Source: Lama glama (Eukaryota). Taken from it: a stretch of DNA of 64,000 bases. Made by a program: the position numbers and the translations under genes. Positions 41,528 to 51,862 of this stretch are shown one piece after another (position 1 is the stretch's first letter; each line of letters starts with the position of its first letter). The notes under the pieces are model-generated. The model was given only the letters and a program-made list of their open reading frames with translations. It did no database searches and was not told the DNA's origin. Location of the stretch: NCBI GenBank assembly GCA_028534125.1, contig CM052816.1:3412001-3476000 (forward strand), read 5' to 3'.

Positions 41528-41700
41528 CAATATAATAATTATATTAGATAGTAATGCATTCTACAATTATAATTATATAAATATTTATTTATACATAATA
41601 CATTTAATATAAATATATATTTAATATATAAATAAATATATGTTATATATAATTGCATAATATGATTCTTTATAACATAATATAATTCTTTATAACAATT
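41528..41700. repeat. AT-rich low-complexity tract inside the ERV
   Basis: Degenerate (TA)n/(TAA)n between the pol and env remnants. Confidence 0.8.
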
Positions 41701-41739
41701 TCTTAGACTTTTGCCTAAATTTTCTATCATGGGCATAAA

Positions 41740-42430
41740 TCCTATGCTGAGTTTAAAAATTAATCCAGTTGTTGGGCTTATGGTTAATTACCCACATCCA
41801 GTACTTCTGGTTACCCTGGTAGAATTATCCTCTGCAAGGCTCTAACTGGATGGGCCTTAGGAAATTTATTCTAGAAGAGAGATGTCATCGTTCTGTTCAG
41901 GCCACTTGATATTACTACTCAACTTGGCCAATCAATGGTATTTCCTCTGACCATGGTTATAAATAAGAATTTTCTTTTAAAGTCACTCGAGCTCCATCAG
42001 AGCAACAAGCTAAATTTCAGTCAAATAATACAGATTCCTGATTACTAGAAGTAGGACCCTCCTTCAATTACAGGATGGAGTTATATGACTAACATCAGAC
42101 TGCGGTCGTTGAAGTTTAAAATCCCTGCTTACATTGGGAACAATTAGGCTGGGTACCTTATGAATAATACCAGTATATCATTACTTTTAAGATAGAGGTT
42201 GGTACAGAACAGACTGGGTCAGCTGAGCTGCGGATATACTGGGCTGCACCCGATGGAGCTCTTGGCTTAAATATTTACTTATGACCCTATGAGTAATGCT
42301 ACTAGCTGTATTATTTGTCTTCTGCCTATCTTTACAAGATTGTTGTTTCTTGCATTACCAGATGTGGGGCTGAGCCTCTGATAAAAATGATGGCTAGGCA
42401 ACTTGAAATCATTGACCAAATATATAGTTC
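41740..42430 (+). pseudogene. ERV env remnant, disrupted and internally deleted
   Basis: SSCWAYG*LPTSSTSG resembles the SU CWxC...LP...GLPW region. A hydrophobic TM-like remnant lies near 42300-42360. Many stops. Confidence 0.5.
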
Positions 42431-43653
42431 TTTATGACTTCAAGATTATAATAGTGTAACCCCAGATATGGGAAGAAGCAACAAGAAGCAACTCTCTATC
42501 TGGAACTTAACAGACCAGTAAGACAGGTGGTCCAGAGACTTTTGGCTGCTGTTTGCAGGGCACAGTCCAGTAATAGCACACTGAGTGGCCTATTGACGAA
42601 ATCCTGGCCTGACCTAGGAAAGAGCATTCTTAGCACCATGGGATAAAATGGTCAAGAACTCGTTGAATTTATAACCTTAAGGGGGCACTGCCAGATAAAG
42701 AGGGTCGCTCGCCACCTGGTTCTACAGGGATTAAGTCACCAGCCACTGTGGTGGCTGATGTTCAACACACCCTGAAGGGAGTTCAGGACAGAGCTCAGTC
42801 ATGAAGCAATCTGTGCTCTGGGAAAACTGGTAGAACAGGCCTTCAGACAGATGTTTTTAGGAGAACATTTTATCCAAATTTCTTTCATCTTCCCGTACTC
42901 AGAAAAGCACTAAAGTCATTAACGGAGATATCTGTTCCTCGTGACCAGCAGCAACCTTCTACCCAGATGTGTGCTTGATTGCCCTTCTCCAAAATCACAT
43001 ATATGCTCACCTCCCATACCTGCCTCTTAGGAGCAGTTCCTCAGAGCTATCTGAGAGGCAGTCTCCTGGGCCATAGATAGTCCTCAGTAAGTCCTCAGAT
43101 AAACTGAAACTCACAGCTCTCACGCTGTGCATTTTTTAATCTCAGGTGACACTTGCTAATGGAGGACTTGACGATAGTCAAGTTCCGAGGCTGGGGACCA
43201 GCCATCGTGTCCACAGAGCAGGAATTAGTACCCCGCCCTTACCTGAAGGCCAGCTGGCTCTCATCTTAGAGGCCAAGGATAAGTGCATCTTGCCTTGGGG
43301 TGACTGGTCTTCGCTCGGGGGTCTCCTGCTGAGCATGCCTCTGGTCTCCTTCCTGTTTACTCCCTTATCTCCTCTGTCAGCACCGGGAGTCCTCTAGGAG
43401 CTGGGAAAGAAGGGACTGCTCCGGAGGACAGCTTTGCCTGTCTGTTGGAAGCTGCCGAGCCCCCAGTCACCTGGAGCTAACAGAAACCTGAAGCCTTTGC
43501 GTGGTCTCCTTCTCAGCGGGCGGGGTTACGCGATCTGCCCTTTGGGGGTGAAGGAAGTTGCAGTCTGAGGATTAAGACTCGTTTTGACATATCAGGCTGG
43601 GCGGCACACCAACCACTCACTCTGCTTTCTCTTTCCTTCAGGCTGGTACCATC

Positions 43654-43699
43654 ATGCATCCTTGGGTAGCCATTCCAGGCCTCATCCTACTTCTGACAA
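43654..43699 (+). CDS. HAVCR1: HAVCR1/TIM-1-like coding exon 1 (signal peptide MHPWVAIPGLILLLT)
   Basis: Acceptor TTCCTTCAG ends at 43641, ATG at 43654, phase-1 donor A|GTAAGT at 43700. 46 nt, resembling the TIM-1 leader MHPQVVILSLILHLA. Confidence 0.88.
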
Positions 43700-44216
43700 G
43701 TAAGTAAATAGGTGGGCTGTGGTTTGGAAGCCCTGGGGATGGGGGAGCGTAGGGGTGTGTGGGTGTGGTGGAGGAGACAGATGTTCTTGGGCCTTGTTGG
43801 AAGATAATGGGGTTAACTAGTGAGCAAAGAACCATGCTGAAACCTTAAGCCAAAGAAATTGCTTACATGCTATGAGTTACAAGATCTATGGGTAGGTGAA
43901 CAAGGCACCATGTACAACAGAGGCTGTCATTTGTGTTGAAATCAAAAGGGAATAGATAGATGGTTGTGCATGCATGAACTACTCAAGTGTATGTAGAAAT
44001 CAGTCATGGTTGTTATCATGGCAGGGAGGGGACGGGGACAAGGAATGGGGATCTGGTGGGAAGCAGGTGAGCCCTGTATTGTACTATTGTGTGCCCTTTG
44101 AGTTTTTAAACCGTGTACAACTATTTCTTTTAAAAACAAAATATTTTTGTTCAAAATATTCTGTGAGATAGGAAGGATTAAGGAATGGACATATCCTAAA
44201 TTTTAAAAGCATTCTC

Positions 44217-44300
44217 GGGGAGGAGGGTGTAGTCCTGGGTTCAATTCCCAGTGCTGCCATTAAAAAATAAAGAAAGAAACCGAATTGCTCCCCCACCTCC
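44217..44300 (+). mobile_element. tRNA-derived SINE, internally deleted
   Basis: GGGGAGGAGGGTGTAG joined directly to TCCTGGGTTCAATTCCCAG, then an A-rich tail. Confidence 0.75.
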
Positions 44301-45596
44301 TAAATCATTCAATCAATCAATCAATAAGAAACTAGACTAGACTGTAAAGAAAAAAACACACCAATCTCTTGAGGTGGGACTATGAGGAAAAGTTTGGCTT
44401 TTATTACGCTCCTATACCTTAAGTTTTTATAATTAGCATGTATTACTTTTGTAATCCAAAAGTGATATTAAGCAAAATTAAATATAAGAATTCTAGTGAA
44501 AAAACTATTTTATGTAACAATGAATTACAAATAAGCTTGTAGCAATGAGTTGAGATATAACAATGAGTTCCAAATGACCCTTATTTTGCATAACAGTGAG
44601 CATTTTATTCCCAGAGCATTTCCCAAACTCACAGCAGTCAGCTATGATTAGCTGTTGTACCTCAGATTTCTTTTAGGGACTACCTGGTCTGCATTTGGCA
44701 ATACAAATTTTTAAAGCCACAGCCACAGGCGAGAGTTTTCCTGCCTCTGTTTGTTTTTAAGTGACAAAATTTAGTATTTGACTGACTATTCTCCAGTTCT
44801 TTGGTTTTCTCTGGGTAAGTGGACCTTGCTCCATTGCAGGACTGTCATCAACTCACCAGAAGGGATCCCTGCTTAAAATTTTTGAATTGACCCTAAAACC
44901 CGTAATAAGTCCCGGTTCCTGAAAGTATTGTTCACCTATTTTTCTAAAAACTGACTTCTAAAGCATTTACCAGGCCTTCTAGCCAGCAATGCTTTAAGCT
45001 AGACATTAGCTCTGCTTTTTTTAATGGCAGAGGCATTGTGAGGTGACTTCCTTTGCAAGAGCCATTTTAAAAATTGCAATAAAAATTGAAAATTAAAACT
45101 TTAAATGCAATAGAGTTTTTAAAACAGACAACTGAGAGTGATTCAATCTAGGGAAGGGGAAAAGCCATGTGTGTGGATTACCTATTCAGTAAGCAAGTGC
45201 CTGTCAAACACAGGGTGGAATACACACTCATGCATTCGTGGAATGTCATTTGTTTCATTCGGAAAGAAATTTGGTCATGTTTACCAAGAGACCGAAAATA
45301 TTTCGGCCCTATATCCTGGTAATTTCTCTCTTAGAAATCTATCCTATTAGGAAACAATCCTGAATACAGAAAATCGTTTCTATTACATTTCATCTATAAT
45401 ATATCTAATAAATAGTAATGCTGCTAAAGAATATGTAACAGAGAAAAACGCTTATCCTAAATTTTTAAAACTCAAGATATTGTCAGATGATTACAAACAA
45501 CAACAACAACAAAAACCTATATAAAGAAAAAAAAAGGAAAATAAAATTAAAGTTGAAATATTGAGGCCTCATGCTCCGGTTTCTTTTTGTTTACAG

Positions 45597-45929
45597 ATGG
45601 TGTCATGTCTTACGTAAAAGTGGTTGGGATGGTGGGTCAGCCTGTTGTACTGCCCTGCACCTATACTGGCAAAGTCACAACCACGTGCTGGGGCCATGGG
45701 CCATGTCCTTGGTCTCGCTGCACAGCTGAAATGATCTCGACTGATGGATATGGTGTCACCTATCAGCAGAGTCCGCGTTATTCACTAAAGGGAGATATTT
45801 GGAACGGGGACGTGTCTCTGACCATAGACAATCCAACCGTGCAGGACAGTGGCCTGTATTGTTGCCGTATTGAAAGGAAGGGCTGGTTCAACGATAGAAA
45901 ACTCACCATATCTTTGGAAATAAAGCCAG
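45597..45929 (+). CDS. HAVCR1: HAVCR1/TIM-1-like IgV exon
   Basis: 333 nt between TTTACAG| and G|GTGAG. Six Cys typical of TIM IgV, GDVSLTI...DSGLYCCR, and FG-loop GWFND (phosphatidylserine-binding MILIBS). Closer to TIM-1 than to TIM-3 (GIMND). Confidence 0.95.
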
Positions 45930-48714
45930 GTGAGCTTGTCTTCTTCTCCCTTTGATCACTTCCAGTGGGTTCACAGAGATAAGAGTTTTCTGTTTGGTAT
46001 TAACTTCTTCCTTTAATAAGGAAAGAGGAGGTTCCTACAATCCTGTTTTGCAGTAACTCTTGGGATAGGATAATTTTTATTTCTCTAGAATGAAGTGTTA
46101 AGACCAACCTTGATTCAAGACCATAGGCTAGAGGATTTTCCCAGTCAGCCAAAGATCTCCTGAAGCAGTGCTTCGAAAACACTAGTTGGTTCATGAAAAA
46201 GCATTCACTGTCCCACAGTGAAATACAGTGATTTTTATCAAGCTGGGTTTCCTCCACTTGAAGAACTGCCCTTTACTTTGAGATGATGTCTTAGAAGAAT
46301 TTTTTAAGGTCCTTTCTGAACACTTTAAGACTTACAGAGAATTCCATACATATAAAATAGGTAATATAAGGTACTGTCAAGTAGATGTGTCATTCAGCTT
46401 TGACAATTGTCAACTGAGTCTCATTGCAAACACATTGTATCAGCCTGTGTAGTTGTTTTTACCATCTCCCCCTACTGCCTCGCCCTGTGTTGGATTTTTT
46501 GAAGCATGTTTCACATCCTGTCACCAAGTTGCTTGCTTAAAAATGAAAATGACCTTATTGCAATATGAAAACATTTGCATCTCAATAACTGCTTTTAAGA
46601 ATTTCACCAATTGCTTTTAAGAATTTCACAAAACCCCCAAATCTGGGAAGTTTACATTTTTCCGTCTTGAAGTGGACATCCTAATTTTTCTTACCATTTA
46701 GTGAAAGGAGTAGGTTCTTCAGGATTTCCTGGTTTCTGGTGCTCTTTCCTAATGAATCTCCCCTCTCTAAGGTCTTATGTTGACAGTAGAACCCAATACC
46801 TATGGCCTTCGTAAGCTCTGTCTTTTTTAATTAAAATGAACCTCATATTGCAACCTCCCAACTTTTGTAATTGGCTTGTGTCCTTTATGAAGACACAACA
46901 AATAAGGTGAATTCTGACAGAGAGAATGGCTAACTCTGGGGAAACTATATCTAGGAGGCAATTTAAGGATGCCGAAAGAGGCTGGCGATATCGTGTGCTG
47001 TAGACAGGTGTGAGGAGGCAGTGTGGGCAGAAGAGATTACAATTACATTTTTGGAGTCATGAAATTATATTATTGGTCTGACTGAATATTTTTTTAAATG
47101 ACATAGAAGGAAATTAGTTGGGGACTTTTATAGTGCTTAGAAATTCTTTAATTGGTGGCTATTTATAAAGCCACCGCTCCATCCAGTGGGAAATGGCCCC
47201 ATAACCAAACCAAGGTGACTCTCGGCCTCCAAGCCAATTCTTTGCTTAAGTTTTCTTGCACTTTTCACAGAACGAGCTTACTTTTCAACCTCCTATTTTT
47301 CCTCACCAGCTCCTTCTACCCTTAGTTTCCTAGCTTCTTCCTCAGGATATATTTACCAGTAAGGAAGACATGTTAGTAAATCAAGCCAATTAGGTTTCCC
47401 TTTCTTTGTTTCCACTATCATCCTTTGATCAGATTTCTTGCTTGCTTGCTTTTTACCTCTAGATTCAGATTTTTAAACTGAAGGAAGGAGATTGGATTAC
47501 ACTCTTCTTAAAAGCCTCTGATTACACTGGTCAGCAAACGGTAGCCCCAGGGCCAGATAAGATTCTAAAATAGGCTCACCAAGAGTTCTGTAAATAAAGT
47601 TTTATTGGAACACAGCCACACCCATTCATTAATCTATTGTCCATGGCTGCTTCCTCTTCCTCCACAGTGACAGAGCTGAGCAATTACTACCAAGATTGCA
47701 GGACTGTGAAGCCTAAAACTTTTACTAATGCCTCATACATAATAGGCACCCACAAATATTTGTTGAAAAAAACATTTCTTTTCTTTAAGGCAAAAATTAG
47801 CTGTTTCCCAAATTAACTTCACTTGAATCCCTCAGGAGAGTTTTCAAACCAGTTGCCCCTATCCAAGAGACTTGAGTTTCTAGTTTCTAGTTAGTAGAGT
47901 TGAAATTTAAGGATACTTCTTGTGGGGGATAAAAAGGTGCCTGGTGAGGGAAAAGTACGCATTCTTTATTTGGTCCTTCAATGATCTGCTTGTGTGCCAG
48001 GCTTCATTCTCATTTCAGTTCTTTCTCTGGATGGCTCTGAGGATTTCAGTTAAGTGGTCTGGAACCCTCTACCACCTCTGACTCTGGAGAGTCAAAGTCA
48101 TTGCCTGTTGTTATTGTCAGCCCTTAGTTTGGAAGGGAATTTAAAGGGTCTAGTCCACCTTCTTACTAAATGTGTAAATCATCTGTGTTATCTAGCATAT
48201 GCTCATGGTGTGAGTTAGCCCTCATCTACAATGCAGGTCTGTTGGGAGGGTACCCTTCGGACTGACTGAACTGAATGCTGTTTATTTGGTAAATACTCTG
48301 GCTCTTGGGAACCACTACTTAACTCTTAGTCATACACCACTGACAGGACAAGGACAGCTTCAGGCTCTAGACATTTTCCTCTACCTCACAGATATGTATG
48401 AAGATACATCAATCTGATAGGCATGCCTAGTCTTTTCAAAATACTTCATTACAAATCCCAGGTACCATTTTTTAACCTGTAAACCTTCCCAAATATAATC
48501 CTTTCGATTCAGCTGTTTCTTTGTACTGAACACGTCTTCAAGCTCTCTTCAGTCACAGATTCTAGTTGACCAATGTCAAGAACTCAAGTTCATGGAAGAC
48601 AAGTGCCCAGTTCTGCCTGGGGGCAGTCTCCTTGGTGGTGTGGCTGTACAAGCCCAGCTCACGGCTCTTATTTCCTGCTGCTTGATTAATCCTTGTTTTC
48701 ATGTTGATTTCTAG

Positions 48715-49074
48715 CTCCTCCAAGGACAACTATCAAAACTATGACAACTTGGCCAACCACCACGACCAAGAGAACTTGGCCAACTGCCACCACCAAGAGA
48801 ACCAGGCCAACCACCACGACCAAGAGAACTAGGCCAACTGTCACCACCAAGAGAACTAGGCCAACTATCACCACCAAGAGAACTTGGCCAACCACCACGA
48901 CCAAGAGAACTTGGCCAACTGTCACCACCAAGAGAACCAGGCCAACCACCACGACCAAGAGAACTTGGCCAACTGTCACCACCAAGAGAACCAGGCCAAC
49001 TGTCACCACCAAGAGAACTAGGCCAACTATCACCGCTCATCCAAAGCCAGGACCCACAAAGAAACCCCAGCCAG
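48715..49074 (+). CDS. HAVCR1: HAVCR1/TIM-1-like mucin exon A (360 nt, minisatellite-encoded)
   Basis: Acceptor TTTCTAG ends at 48714, donor CCAG|GTAAAC at 49075. Phase 1-1, open frame, about 52 Thr in 120 codons. Confidence 0.9.
48747..49034 (+). repeat. 27-bp coding minisatellite, 10 full units plus 1 partial
   Basis: Unit AC[TC][TA]GGCCAAC...ACCAAGAGA encodes T[W/R]PT[T/A/V/I]TTKR. Confidence 0.97.
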
Positions 49075-49327
49075 GTAAACAGATATGTTTCTGAGTCTAG
49101 AGAGCTTTTACTGAGAGGGTGTAGACCATCCAGGGCCTTGTGTTAAGGCAGAGATACAATCTAGGGGAAGGGTTGTTATCTGGGTTCCAAATGTGGCTTC
49201 ATAGAATCTGTGAAGCCCTGTCCCCCATTGTATTCATCTTTTGTGCATACAAGCATTTTGAGAGCGAAGCCCAGCACAAGCTCTTGTTTCTTGCTGCTTG
49301 ACTCCTTGCTTTCCTGTTGATTTCTAG

Positions 49328-49417
49328 GTCCACCTACCAGGCCTCCAATGACAACTACAACTTGGGCCAACACCACCGCCCGTCCAAAGCCAAGACCCAC
49401 AAAGAAACCCCAGCCAG
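49328..49417 (+). CDS. HAVCR1: HAVCR1/TIM-1-like mucin exon B (90 nt, duplicate of exon A)
   Basis: Same acceptor (TTGATTTCTAG) and donor (CCAG|GTAAAC) as exon A. Phase 1-1 and open: GPPTRPPMTTTTWANTTARPKPRPTKKPQP. Inclusion in mRNA is inferred. Confidence 0.72.
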
Positions 49418-51203
49418 GTAAACAGACGTGCTTCTGAGCCCAGGGGGCTTTTACTGAGAGGGTGTAGACCATCCAGGGCCTTGTGTAAAGCAGAAGTAGA
49501 ATCGAGGGGAAGGGTTATTACCTGGGTTCCAAGTGTGGCTTCACAGAGACTGTGAAGCCCTGTCCCATATTATATTCATCTTTTGTACATGTAAGCATTT
49601 TTAGAGTGAGGGGGTAACAATAGCTTTTTGTCAGATTCTCAAAGGAATTCAATAGTAGCAAAAAGAAAAAAAAGTCCAGCTCATTGGCCTCAGCCATCTA
49701 AGCAGAATGGTGTGGATTTGGCCCACAGCATTATGAAGAAAAAATAGGGAATGCCAGAATACAGGGGCAGAGGAATGAGATTCTGTCCACACAAGGAGCT
49801 CTGAATAGCAGTCATTTAATCCCTTCTCAAGTCTAACCCAACACTTGAGGATGAGATTTCAGCAAGGTTAGTGTTTACTCTGTTTCCTGTGTCAGGAACC
49901 AAGTTAAGTGCTTTACAAGTATTATGTCACTTATTTCTTAGGACACCCATGTGCACTGTGGGTGTGATTCTTTGCTACTTTATACCTGTGCTGATCGAGG
50001 CACAGAGTCAAAGCTCAATGTTGACAGTCATACGAATAGAAAGTGGTTGAGTCTGGATTGTCTCCATTAATTTGAATTTTGGACCTGTGCTATCCTCTAT
50101 ACTGAACACAGAGCTTATGTTTGGATGAATTTGTCCTGTTCTGATCTCCTCGCTGGAGAAGCCTTCGTACAATTACCCTGACTTTTCAGGGTGTCAGTGA
50201 CTTACACAGTTTTGCTTCTAGCATCCTTTAATTTAGTAACGTAGCACAGAAACGTTATTTATACCAATGAAAAAGTAAATATCGAATTTAAGGACTTATG
50301 GGACTTCAAATACACACGTTTGTTTTTTTCAGTTCAGGCTATTCAGTTCATACTTCAAATTTCCGATAGATAAAAGTTTAGGTTTAACGCAAATGGAGAA
50401 TAATTGGACTTACAGATAGGAAAGTAGCTTTCCATTCTGAGGACAAGTTTGGGTTCAAATTTTCTATTTTTAAGGCTGAAAATAAAACTTTTTAGTGAAG
50501 ATTCTCAAAGACTCCAACGCCTTTGGAACTTTGAGGTGGCTCTGGATTCTGAGGAGCAACAGACATGTCACAACCTCTTAGCTAAAAAATATCTGATGGA
50601 ACATACTGATTTCCCTCGACTCCCACTGCACCATGTGTATATTTAACTAGGAGGGATCTGAAGGACTGGGCTATGAACTGAGTTTGGAAGAGAGGGCTGT
50701 AGGTTAAAAGTGGAATTTTGGAGCCATAAAAGTTTGTTAGGAAAACAGCTTTGTTCTAGAGAATCTGTTAACTTTCTTGTTACTGATTTAGCTTCTTCAT
50801 ACTTAGTCTGTGCCCGCAAAGGTGGATTAGAGCATGTGGTTTGGTGACCACGTCTAAGTTACTGACTTTGTTTAAAGCAGAGGTTCAGAAGGAAAGTGCT
50901 GGTCTCTGTGTCTGTGTGACCTCCTTGGGGATAGTATTCATTGATTCTGGTACTTACCCTGATAGTTTCCGAAAGAGTTTGTGTTTAGAGTTGAACTTTA
51001 CAGTATAAGAAGGAAGTGAACACTGGAGCAGATCCAGGGCAGGGATATTTATCGTTACCTCCACTCCCTCTCTGTGCTCTGTGTACCTTGTACACACTAG
51101 TTGCCTAAAATATTCATGGACGGATTGGATATAAAGTTGTGGGAGCACTGAACTCATGCCCAGCAGGTAACTTTAGTTTCTCTCCTGAACACCTAGGATC
51201 ATC

Positions 51204-51330
51204 GGGGGAGGGGATAGCTTAGTGGTAGAGTGCCATGCTTAGCATGCACGAGGTCCTGGGTTCAGTCCCCTGTACCTCCATTAAAATATATATACACCTA
51301 ATTACCTCAACAAAACAAAAACAAACAAAA
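51204..51330 (+). mobile_element. tRNA-derived SINE
   Basis: Same head, A and B boxes, CCTAATTACCTC body motif and (CAAAA)n tail. Confidence 0.88.
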
Positions 51331-51837
51331 ACTCTCATCATCACTGGCACCCTGTTAAGAGCATGCATTCTGGAATGAGATAGATCTGACTTCAGTGCTG
51401 GCCCTGACTACTCCGACGAGCTTTGTGACTTGAACAAATGTCTTATCCTCTCTGAATCTCTTTTTATCATTTGTAAAATGGATGGAATGTTGCCAATCTT
51501 GTAGGATTCTTGCCAGGATTAAATGAAATAAAGAGCTTGGGACACAGGTAAAAGGGGGTAAGTGATAGATACAGTGGCAAATAGGACTATTACTTAGAAT
51601 GTCCAGAAATACATACCCCTGGCTGGTGTGGGTAGCATGTACGATTTGGAAATGTCCATGTGCACATCCGCATTTTTCTCAATTAAATGAACTAGACTTG
51701 ACTTTAAACTTATTACTGGACTTGCTCCCTTGGGCCAGCACCTTATAACAATTAAATCCAAATTAAGCTGGTCTGAACCAAACTGATCACCTGTATTTAT
51801 GCTTCCTCTAAGCCCCAGACCCTAAATACACCCAGGA

Positions 51838-51862
51838 GGCGCCCCCTGGCTATCGTACTGAG
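51838..51862 (-). promoter_or_regulatory. Candidate CTCF site with upstream motif
   Basis: Minus strand reads CTCAGTACGATAGCCAGGGGGCGCC: core plus a CAGTAC upstream-like motif. Confidence 0.55.

Larger units (their letters stand above)
37487..43151 (+). mobile_element. Decayed class I (ERV1, MER4-group-like) endogenous retrovirus with both LTRs
   Basis: Direct repeats at 37487-37939 (TGTCA...TGACA) and 42689-43151 (TG...TGACA). 4-bp TSD CTTG at 37483-37486 and 43152-43155. Purine tract AAGGGGG before the 3' LTR. AT-rich internal region with pol and env remnants. Confidence 0.9.

Noticed and set aside
48686..49040. Antisense repeat ORFs (poly-Val/Leu, and GGDSWPSSL repeats), and a CRISPR-like appearance of the array
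   Set aside because: These are reverse frames of the mucin minisatellite. Units are contiguous with no unique spacers, in a mammalian exon with proper + strand splice sites.
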